A stretch of DNA of 63,805 nt, filler included, from Octopus bimaculoides (lineage: Eukaryota), in assembly GCF_001194135.2 (NCBI RefSeq). It is 8 parts of 8 records of this genome, joined end to end, with 100 filler letters (N's around TTAATTAATTAA, not from the genome) between each part and the next. Parts side by side here need not be neighbours in the genome. Positions count along the whole stretch, not along the records: positions 21,706 to 28,582 come from NC_068990.1; positions 28,683 to 48,869 come from NC_068995.1; 6 more parts are not named here. One strand, written 5' to 3'. The notes beneath the pieces are model-generated. The model did no database searches, was not told the DNA's origin, and saw only the letters and a program-made list of their open reading frames with translations. Positions 27,107 to 37,346 of this stretch are shown in pieces; within the stretch, counting starts at the first letter, position 1; every line of letters begins with the position of its first letter. The translations under genes and the position numbers were made by a program.

Positions 27107-27421
27107 GATGGCGCATGGCTTAGTGATTAGAGCTTCGCGCTCACAATCATGTGAGGACTGAGCGGAGCGTTGTGTTCTTGTGCAAGACACTTTATTTCGC
27201 GTTGTTCCAGCTCGTTCAGCTGTAGAAATGAGTTGCAACGTCACTGGAGCCAAGCTGTATCGGCCTTTACCTTTTCTTTGGATAACATCCTTGGCGTGGA
27301 GAGGGGAGGCTGGTATGAATTGGTGACTGCTGGTCTTCCATAAACAACCTTGCCGGGACTTGTGCCTCGGATGGGGACTTTCTAAGTGCAATCCCATGGT
27401 CATTCATGACCGAAGGGGGTC
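27107..27421 (+). mobile_element. SINE family D, near full length
   Basis: GGCGCATGGCTTAGTGATTAGAGC head; GTTGTGTTCTTGTGCAAGACACTTTATTTC..CAGCTGTAGAAATGAGTTG. Confidence 0.8.
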
Positions 27422-28682
27422 TACTACCAGCAGTCATATGGACTCCGGTTCAGAACTACTGTCCTGAAAGGATGTCTAAACGAAGACTAGTGGGTCTCTC
27501 ACTTTCGGCTGTCGAATGCCGATTGACTCAGCTGAGTTCATCTGTCCTTTGAAAAGTTTTGTTTTTCGTTCTGCAGGATCTCTAACGAAGGCCACCCTCT
27601 TTACCAAACGGGATTGGCAGGATTGCCAATTTAGTCACCGATGGCCCGATTACGCGGCACGTTATACTGAGTTATGTTATCAATAGCACTAAGAGTGTTC
27701 TGACATGCATATGTATATATTTATACAAATGAAACAAAAACTAGTTACGAGAAATAACGCAGAGTAGCTAGAGTTATGTATATGAACAACATAGACAAAT
27801 GCAGACATATCAAATAGCATACAACATAAAGTCCTGACTTATTAAAATCATCTCCACCTCTAGATGATGTGTTGTAATTACCAACTGACAAATGAGACCA
27901 GCGCCATACGAGGAGGGGAGATCATCACAAATATTAAGAGTTTCTCCAAAACTGACATGGCAATATGGAAAAGGATAGGCTTATTGCGTGGATATAAAAA
28001 GACAGTCGAGGACACGTATAAAACCTACGTTCCCATCGGATTTATTTCCGATAGTCATTGTCTCATTCCTAGATAAGTCCCTAATACTTAATTAGAAGCC
28101 TTTATTTCTAAACGAAAGGTAATAACGCTCTTCAATAGTATCCCATTGATGCATGGGTCCGAAAATATATGATTTTTGATGAAACATTAATTTCCTTTGT
28201 AAATAAAGATGCTAGACAGTGAGAAAATAAGAAGAAGAAAACTGGAAAAAAAAAACGCGAAGAAGGTTGATGCAAAAAATGGAACGAGAACACAGAAACG
28301 GATACCCGTCCTCCCTAATTGCAGAAACCAAAATTAAATAAAGCTGGTATAGAACAAAACAACAAAAAATACGTCAAAGTCTGAAAGACAGCAACTCAAT
28401 CCGGAGCGAATGGTAACATCCATTTCGACAAAAGAAACTTGTCTATGTGTTCACCCCTTATAAAAATTTCTGATCTGGAATTAAGCAGCGTGTTGGATTT
28501 CTCGAAGGGTTTTATTTTTCTTATTTTCTTATTTTCTCACTGTGCAGCGTCCTTACTTCTAAAATATATATATATATATATANNNNNNNNNNNNNNNNNN
28601 NNNNNNNNNNNNNNNNNNNNNNNNNNTTAATTAATTAANNNNNNNNNNNNNNNNNNNNNNNNNNNNNNNNNNNNNNNNNNNN

Positions 28683-29030
28683 GGTCTTTCCTGTTCACAC
28701 CAGCTGCCGCTGCAAAATTTGTCACTTTGTTATTTCTTGGTTCGATTTCTGATTGTTTCAGCATTTCTTTTTCGGTAGGCATGTTCAGAAATGGTTCAGT
28801 AGTAATGTCCTCGCCAGAGAAACTACTCGTTTTTCAAATAATAATTTTGGGTATAAACACCCAACAAAAACAATGATAATTTCCCCCTTCACACAAGGGG
28901 GGGGAAAGTTCACAATTCTGCCAAATACGTTTATGTGTTTTTTAAAAAAACACACAACAAATGGAACAATCGCAAATTCAACAATTAAGTTAACAATATA
29001 ACCAACAATTTACAATACGTCAAACTCAGC
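28683..29030 (-). mobile_element. 5' UTR and ORF start of a Tx1/L1-like element (rest lost in the gap)
   Basis: The 5' UTR aligns by eye with that of the adjacent element (CCTTGTGTGAAGGGGGAAATTATCATTGT vs CCTTGTTTGACGGGGGAGATACTTATTGT). ORF start MPTEKEMLKQSEIEPRNNK. Confidence 0.5.
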
Positions 29031-29046
29031 GTCCAAATTACGAATT

Positions 29047-30989
29047 TATTTTACACCAGCCATAGAGGCCTAACACAGAGGGGGACAACACAAGGACAGA
29101 CAAAACAATTATGTGGTGGGGAAAAAAACAAAAGCGAGTGAGCAGATGAAAGTGAAGAATGCATAATGGAATGATGAATCCCACACTTCGAGCGACCTCA
29201 TTGAACCTTTTACAATTCGTTTTGAATTTCATATTTTGTGTTTGTTTTTTTTTGTTGTTTTTTTTTGTTTGTCTTTTATAAAGAAATGTAAGGTGGTGAA
29301 GGTTGACGAGTTCCAGAGATCCCTCATCCCGGGTAACCGCATTACTAACACCACCTTACCAATTCCTTCCTTCTTTTATAAGTAATAGTCTCTTGTTTTG
29401 TTTTTGTTTTTTCTTCAAAACAACTTACGTTTTACAATTAGTTCTGAATTTCAAATTTCGCCCCCACCCTTTTTTTAGTCTCTTTTATATCATTAAACTT
29501 TTAAAACTTACGATTTCTCCATCAGTTGTTTTTTTTTTCCTGTTGACAATATCCTCCTTTATCCCTCTGGTGAATTCCTTTCTACGCGTATCCATTCTCA
29601 AAAAAGTCATCTTCACTGGGTGGGGACTAGAGGGGGTGGCTCAATGTTTGCAGGGATAAGGAGGGGAAAGGGATAGAAAGGGGAAAGGGATAGAAAGGAG
29701 AAAGGGATAGAAAGGGGAAAGGGATAGAAAGGGGAAAGGGATAGAAAGGAGAAAGGGATAGAAAGGGGAAAGGGATAGAAAGGGGAAAGGGATAGGGAGA
29801 GGAAAGGTGTATGCAGGGATAAGGAGGGGAAAGGAGGTACTAGGTGGGGTGGGAGTGGGATGGGGTTCTTCGTCGCTATTATTGGTCTTTCTTTTTTTGT
29901 TCCTCCTCTTCCTTTCTATCACTGTCCAATCCTTTTCATTTTCAACCGGCCTATAAGGCTCCTCGTAGCATTTTGTAACTCGCTTTACGGATGGCCGCAC
30001 GCTCTCCTTCGTTATGGTCTCCGTAACTTTCTCAGGGGTGGAGTGCACTTAGCCCTTATGTGACCCTTTTGACCATACTTAAAACAACGAGACCTCCTGC
30101 CCTCTACCACGATCCTCAATCTTTTCCCGCTTACTAGAATGGTATCAGCTATAATCTCTAAATCTTCTGGGGCAGCCTGAACAATCACCTCGAGCCCCTG
30201 CGACAGCCAGTTCCGCACTGGTATCCTAGTTGCTTGGAGGATTGAAATTCTCTCCTCCACGCCAAGAGTCATTGCAGCCACCAGCCAAGCCATATTTACC
30301 TCCGACGAGACTTCCTCCACTCCCACCTTAGCTACACGCCTTACAAGGTAAGTCGGCAAAAGCAGCACTTCTTGTGATTTCAGGGCTGTCACCGAGTGCT
30401 GCTTAGCTTTTTCCTCTGACTGAAACCTCACCTCCACTGACGCAAACTTGTTGCCCCCGTTCAAGTATTTAATCTCCGGCCAGATGGGTATCTTTCAATT
30501 TGTTCTCTTGATGCAACATCGATCTTTTTATCCTTTAACACGTACGATTTGTAAATTACGGCTTTTGCTTGTACATCTTTTAATACTTCGCTAGGCGGGG
30601 TCAGTTCCACAACATACCCCTCTTTTTGTATCATCTGTACTTTCCTATGTATTGCATTTCCGCTGTTATGTCTTCTTTCAAAGTCGTTGTTGCTGTCGCA
30701 AAACTTTTCTCTTCTATCTTTCTTGCCATCTCCACCTCCAGCTTTTCTAGTGAATTAATCATTTCACTTTCTGACGTACTAACGTCTGAGGAACTTAGCC
30801 GTCTGCATTCTAAGTCCATTCTTCCACAATAAGTATCTCCCCCGTCAAACAAGGAGAAAACGAACAACGGACCGTTACAAACAATAAACAGAAATATCTC
30901 AACAAACAAAACAACGTTTAACGACTCAACAACAAGTTCAACTAACCTTATTAATAATACCAAACTCTAAAAAAGTGAGGGAGGCGAAT
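29047..30989 (-). mobile_element. ORF1-only (HAL1-like) non-autonomous Tx1/L1-type retroelement, full length with 16-bp TSD
   Basis: GTCCAAATTACGAATT at 29031-29046 and 30990-31005. Frameshifted ORF1 from an ATG at ~30819: coiled-coil-like N-terminus, RRM-like middle, zinc knuckle RCFKYGQKGHIRAKC. No ORF2 motifs are seen, and there is no room for ORF2. Confidence 0.8.
29663..29800. repeat. 17-bp tandem repeat (8 units) with a 51-bp higher-order period
   Basis: GGGGAAAGGGATAGAAA, with the GGAG variant in units 3 and 6. Confidence 0.9.
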
Positions 30990-32826
30990 GTCCAAATTAC
31001 GAATTCCAGGAACGCGGTTCAAGTTGATTTTTATACTCATAACCTCCACAAGATGCACGTGCATTTCGGTTTTCATGACAATTGTTTGCGACTACCACCT
31101 ACGGCATTCAACGCAGCACTGTTTTAGCGTCTCTTTTCAGGGAAAGCTGAAAGGTTACCTGCAATTTGGGTCTCAGCCATAAACCAGCATGTCTTGGAAT
31201 ATTTACACTTACATCCCCGAAATAAATTTTCAGAATTTACCATATAAAAATGACATTTGAAAAAATCGCGTTTCTTTTGCGGTTCAGTGTATACTAAAAT
31301 ACGCTGTGTTATACATAAAATATATACTGTTTACTTCATAACGAGCCGTCTAAAGCAAGTATGCCGATTAATAGTTTATTTGTTGGCTGTTATGTACAGA
31401 AGTTGGATACCATTCTAATCTATCGATTGGAGAAAGAGAGTGTTTACGTCACCACTTAGAAACAGCTAGCAAATTATGAATCCGTAAATCAGCAGAGTCT
31501 CGCACATTGAAGGCATAGAAGGAATGTGTTCACATATTTATATAGTTTATTATCACAGCTAAATTCATTTCAGTACTTCAGATTTACGCTGTATTGTGCA
31601 TAGAATATAACTGCTTATTAGAAGAACCGCTTAAAGCATAAATATGCAAATTTAGTGATCCACCACGGTAATCACTTAATTACCGACTAGAGTTATCAAC
31701 TGGGGAAGGAGACTGGGTACATCGGTCAGGCGATTCCTTCACGTCATTTTTTTTTCCGCACATCGAAAGCATAAAAGAAAGGTGTTTATGACTTATTTTC
31801 ACAGTTAAAAGCTTTCTCATATTTAAACATGGGCTGTATTTACTAGGGCATACTGACGAAATTTAAGGAAGCGACTTATACATGATGCTAAGAAATCTCA
31901 CACAAGAAATTTAATGGTTATCATATTTTTGCAACTCTCAACTCTATTTATCAACTTGTCTCCTTCCTTTCATTCATTTCAGGTCAACACCCAGATATTA
32001 TAAGCTTTTATCATTTCTTTCTTATCTCCAAATCTTAACGAACCATAACTGTCTACTGTATCAAACTATAACTTTTTGCATGTATCTAGTCAACCAATTA
32101 CTACTTCATTTTCACTGCCCAACATACATTCACATATCACACAACACATCCTACACCCCACAACTTATGTACTTTAAGTTAGCTGATAGGTCAAAGTTCA
32201 GTTAGATTTATACCAACTACCTCTGGCAACATAGATGTTTCTCTCCCGACCCATCAGAAACAAATAGGCGGTTGACTAAAACTGTCCTTTTGGGCACGTT
32301 CTTCTATATTCTGCAAACAAGTCTTCAAAGTTGTTCACTCATTGTTATACTGAAGCTGTTGAAGCAAAAAGCAAGTCGTAGACTATCTGCTGAAAGTCTC
32401 CTACTCTGAAATCACAGCAACGCAACTTCTGCAAGGCAACTAGTCAAACTGAGAAACATTACTACGCGCATCATCTAGCCTTCAATCTATCCCACCTTCC
32501 AAACAACTGTCCATCTTTTGCTCCTTGCCAAAAGAATTTCCAGTATATTTGTTGAAATTCATTTTCCTCATATTCACAACAACGAGGAATCTGTGAATAA
32601 ATAGTACACCTGCAGAGAAATCCTTTACTTTCATTTCCCGCCTTGCAGCCAACTCTACGCTACACAAATTTGACAAAATCTCTTCCAATTCCACTCACTT
32701 TCATTCTTCCAAAACCATTTCATTGCATACACACAAGCTAAATATAACAGTTTCTTCAGTCACACCAAGCTAATAAAGCCACCGGTCCTAACAAAGTCCC
32801 TTTGTTCTTAAATATTGTGCCCAAGA

Positions 32827-32999
32827 GGCGCAGGAGTGGCTGTGTAGTAAGTAGCTTGCTTACGAACCACATGGTCCCAGGTTCAGTCCCACTGCGTGGC
32901 ACCTTGGGCAAGTGTCTTCTACTATAGCCTCGGGCCGACCAAAGCCTTGTGAGTGGATTTGGTAGACGGAAACTGAAAGAAGCCAGTCGTATATATATG

Positions 33000-33034
<35 letters not shown>

Positions 33035-33290
33035 NNNNNNNNNNNNNNNNNNNNNNNNNNNNNNNNNNNNNNNNGTGTGTCTGTGTTTGTCCCCCAACAT
33101 CGCTTCACAACCGATGCTGGTGTGTTTTCGGCAAAAGAGACCAATAGAATAAGTACTAGGCTTACAAAGAATAAGTTCTGGGGTCGATTTGCTCGACTAA
33201 AGGCGGTGCTCCAGTATGGCTGCAGTCAAATGACTGAAACAAGTAAAAGAATAAAAGAGTAAAAGAGTAAAAGCGTAAAAGAGTAAGAGT
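32827..33290 (+). mobile_element. SINE family B, full length (gap in the internal microsatellite)
   Basis: GGCGCAGGAGTGGCTGTG head; (AAAGAGT)n tail. Confidence 0.92.
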
Positions 33291-33339
33291 TAGACTCTAT
33301 ATTCACTAAATATACTCTTATTTTTGGATACACGCTACA

Positions 33340-33482
33340 GAGTGTCCCTCTGACCCTGCCAACTATCGCTGCAACCTCTCTGACCCTGCCAACTATCGCT
33401 CTATAGCACTGCCTTTTATCTATAAGGTGAAAGAGACAGCCTTTAATAACGTCTTCAAACACCTTGAATCTTTTTCACTCTG

Positions 33483-33530
<48 letters not shown>

Positions 33531-33985
33531 AATCAATCTATCTATCCCTGTCAATCTATCAGTCCATCTATTTATCTATCTATCTCTCATCTAACTCCCT
33601 GCCATTGGCCATAAGTGCGTTTTTCGTACTGACAGATCCATTAGAGGCCTATTTCCTTCATCGTTCACCAGCAGGTTCTTGTCTTGGAGAAGTTTTATGA
33701 AAGCAATGTTGTTGCCCTCGACATCAGCATAGCTTTTGTCTGCGTCTGGCATGCGAATCACCTTTCGAAACTGTCTGTCCGTCTCTAATCTTTCAGATCG
33801 CTAGATTTCTGTCAAATTGCACTACTGCCACGTGTCTTGATGAAGCTTTTTCTGAACTTCATTCTATCCACTCTGATTTGCCCCAGTGTTTGATTTTGTC
33901 GTCCTCCTCTCTTCCTTTTACACCTGAATGAGTTACTTGCCGTCACATCCAATGACACTTTCTCTCCTAGACCGTGCAGATAATT
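33340..33985 (+). mobile_element. Degenerate Jockey/CR1-like LINE reverse transcriptase, interrupted by (TATC)n
   Basis: SDPANYRSIAL..KHLES; FRTDRS; VVALDISIAFVCVWH; SIHSDLPQCLILSSSLFLLHLNELL; ADN. These correspond to NYRPIAL, VALDISKAFDRVWH, GVPQGSVLSPTLF and YADD. Confidence 0.75.
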
Positions 33986-34019
33986 TGATGCTGCTGTACA
34001 GAAGTGGCAACGAAAGCCA

Positions 34020-34745
34020 TGCTGTCAAAGCTCAACATGAACAGGGCGGGCTGTTAAATTTCTTAAGGCAACTGGAGATCTTACTAGGAACTTACTAGGT
34101 CTTCAGTGCTAATAGGTGATTGGAACGCCATCCTGGATGCACACTTAGACTATATAGGGCTAACTGATAAAATAACAAACTTGCTTAGACTGGACTGTCT
34201 GACAGGTACTGCCTGGATTTTCCAAATATGCCGACGTAGACATGGACAAAATGCATCATCCCAATCGTATCTAGAAAAAGTAAATGTAGGCGACTAGATA
34301 ATGATGGCATAGGTTATCCACGATTCAAGACAACAAACTTGCTATCCATACGATCCTCGAAGATAGAGACACAATTACTGGAAGGAGAATGCATCGTTTC
34401 CGGCACACTAAGCTTACAGAGACCAGTTTGGCAAATTAGATAAGTGGACGCTGACTGGTGCAATCGTCAACAATAAATAGTAGTTCGCCCTAATAAGGGG
34501 ATCAAAGTAGAATCGATAACGTTTAGTAAGGAAGTGGAGATAGAGAAGACAAGAATAGAGCGTGACCTAGTAAGAAACCTAGAAGAGACGCTCGGAAAAA
34601 GCATTGCAACTGACGGGCTTATGGCAAGATTGGACCTTGACCAATTCTTCAGTGAGATGCACAAAGGATGCTTTGTTAGAGTTTAGGCGCATACTTTTAA
34701 GAGAGGAAAGAACAAAAGACTTCGATGGGCCGAGATATAGGAGGT
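34020..34745 (+). mobile_element. Degenerate Tx1/L1 ORF2 fragment (APE endonuclease and linker)
   Basis: LIGDWNAILDAHLDYIG; TW..SYL; YWKENASF; WTLTGAIVNNK..IKVESITFSK..ERDLVRNLEE. Confidence 0.75.
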
Positions 34746-35678
34746 GCAATGTAACAAGAAACTCATAATTCAATCACTAATGGACCATAATGAGTCAGAT
34801 TCCGAGCAGACATGCGCGACTTTTCAATTGAATTTTCTCTATGTACGAACACCTACTTTAATTCAATGCATATATCTTTACCTTAAACGGACAGTGCAAT
34901 GCGTAGGGCATGAAGTTAAAAAGTTTGCTTCTCAATCACAGTGTATCACTGTTTCATATAACTGAGAGTCACCTATGGCGAAATATCTTCTAATGTAGCT
35001 TCGAGTGGGGTCGAACTTTCGCATGCAAGTGGTTAGGCAGAAACCCACCGGATGTATTATAACCGTTCCTATGACCTAATCTGTCGGCTGCCAGTTCAAC
35101 ACCTATATTTTACCCCTAACTGCATTTATTTGCACTTGAACAAAGTGTTCAGATTCTTCTTTCTTATTCCTTACTACTTCTCTGAAGAGTATGCATCTTC
35201 TCTGACTAAATCATAAAAAAGCACAGGCGTCATTTACGATTAAATTAAATTCCTCTCACCAAACTTGCTCTGTCTCCATAAATAGTGACCTTGAGAACAT
35301 GTTTAATAGGACATTGTCTCATTCAACAACATAAAGAAGCAATATCTACACAAATCAAAAGAAGAAATAATATTGTCCTTGCCCGCTCTAGTCATGGATA
35401 TCATACAATTATTACATTTTCAAAATCGATACAAGTTATATGCTTCACAGTCACTAATGGTCTCTCATAGCGATCTTGAAATATAGAACATAGTGAACCC
35501 TACTTATCTAAAATGCATCGCAAACTAAGAATCTTCATTAATATTCTAACCTTTATCACTGTGTGGGTAATAGATGTCCCAAAATTTAAATTTTGTCTTT
35601 CATTCAAGTCTATTTAAGGAATGTGTGATAAAGGTGGCCAGTTTCAGTTTGTTAGAATTGTTGTCCGATTTTAATCAT

Positions 35679-35729
<51 letters not shown>

Positions 35730-35731
<2 letters not shown>

Positions 35732-36010
35732 AAAGTTCTTGAATGATAACAGCTGCGATAACAGGTCTGTCTGCCTCGGTGGTCAGTTCACATTGTCTCC
35801 AGAGTGAGTTCAGCATACGAATGGTGAGTGAGGCTAGAAGAGTGAGTCGTGTTGGTTTGATGAGAGGGCGAATCGATTTTGGATGAATTGAAGAGTTGTC
35901 GTTGTTGTTGACTCTTGCAGTATACTTTTCACTAGACCCGTAAGAGTTACCAGATCTGATGGAGAACTTGTTGAACCGGGAGACGTCTCGGGATAGAAGT
36001 AGTTAGTATT
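35730..36010 (-). mobile_element. RTE-type APE endonuclease N-terminus remnant
   Basis: LTLLASLTIRMLNSLWRQCELTTEADRPVIAAVIIQE resembles the L.IATxNVRTL..EL..A..IDIIxIQE start of RTE ORFs. Confidence 0.5.
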
Positions 36011-36149
36011 TCTTTTATTGGGGTCTTCATGGCTGCGATCTTAGACAACCCACATTCAGGATGGCTTTACGAGACACCACTCGTGTGACTGACCGTTGGC
36101 TTACAATGAGCTCATCCATCTTGTGACAAGTTTTGTTTTTGGTCCTACT

Positions 36150-37240
36150 GAGTGTCCACAACATATTTCCCACCTGCCAAACCAAGTGGGAGACTCGGAT
36201 TAGTCACCAACCGCACAACCATGAAACAGGTAGTACTGAGTTAAATAGTTTCAGTGAACATTTCAGATTCTCTTTGCCTATGACATACCAGCTGAAGTTG
36301 AATTTGTTCTATCTATGCTAACTGCAAAAGTTTTGTATGCACTTCTGACGAAGACACCGCCACATTCGTAGTCGATACAGAAGTTTTCCAAAGAGACACC
36401 TTAGCTCTTTTCCTTTTCAGTATAGCCTTGGACTATGTACTACGGCACACTATATCTGAACTTGGCAAAACTCTCCGCGGTTCACCTCGTCCAGCATTGT
36501 TCCTCACTAATCTCGACTTCGCAGATGATACACTCGTCTTACATACAATCACAAATGCTCAAACTCTCTGCACAAACTCTGCATAAACCGCTCGAAGACA
36601 ATGACCATGATAACTGGTCAAAATGCTGGTTTGAGCGGTCTTACACCTTCATCGGGGCCCACTGAATCAGTTGCCCATTTCTGCTACCTGGGCTCTCGTA
36701 TTCGCTTTACCAGCATAGATATTAACGTTCGTAAAGCGATAACATTGTCAGCATGCGACAAGCTATAGAAAGCACTGCAGCTGTCATGTAACCTAAAACT
36801 ACGCCTGTTTCATGCTACAGTTGAATATGTTCTGCTCTACGACCCTGAATGCTGGTCTCTTATGGTCGTCCTACAGCGATCACTAAACGGCACATACGCT
36901 CGGCTTCTACACAAGGTTTTTAACATCACTTATACCGACAATGTATCAAACAAGTGGCTATACGGATCTTTACCGTCTGTCGATCAGACAATCAAACAAA
37001 GACGGGTAAAATTCGAATGCCACTGTTTTCGCCGAATAAATCATCCTATCACTGAGCTTTTTTTTATAAACCCTGTGGATAAGTTCAAACCTGATGGTCA
37101 GGTCTGCATGACGTATGTTCACGAGCTTATGCGATACACGGGATTGTACAGTGTCTCAGAGTTGGCACGAGAAATGTCATCTCACAGAGCCTGAAGGGAA
37201 ATTTGCTCTCGAGTTCGAATCGACGTTCACAAGTGATAAG
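36150..37240 (+). mobile_element. Degenerate RTE-type LINE (RT to 3' end)
   Basis: IYANCKSFVCTSDEDTATFVVDTEVFQRDTLALFLFSIALDYVLR; LDFADD; LNGTYARLLHKVFNITYTDNVSNKWLYGSLPSV..IKQRRVKFECHCFR. Confidence 0.85.
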
Positions 37241-37248
37241 GCACAGAC

Positions 37249-37311
37249 CAGTGGTTCCCAAACTTTTCACAGTGGTTCTCAACCCTTTTAATATGCTTAC
37301 CCTTATATAAG

Positions 37312-37315
<4 letters not shown>
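37249..37315 (+). mobile_element. hAT/Charlie-like terminal fragment
   Basis: CAGTGGTTCCCAAAC and CAGTGGTTCTCAACC; homologous to 39161-39230. Confidence 0.55.

Positions 37316-37345
<30 letters not shown>

Positions 37346-37346
<1 letters not shown>

Noticed and set aside
30990-31030. TSD flank as a 5.8S rRNA or snRNA fragment
   Set aside because: Only short patchy matches; no continuous similarity.
32480-32730. Possible RTE C-terminal remnant on the minus strand (WF..ER..DFVK)
   Set aside because: Too degenerate to support without an alignment.
36343-36386. Hammerhead-like CTGACGAA GAC..GTC GATAC
   Set aside because: It lies in frame within the RTE RT coding sequence (TSDEDTATFVVDTEV) and lacks GAAA; coincidental.
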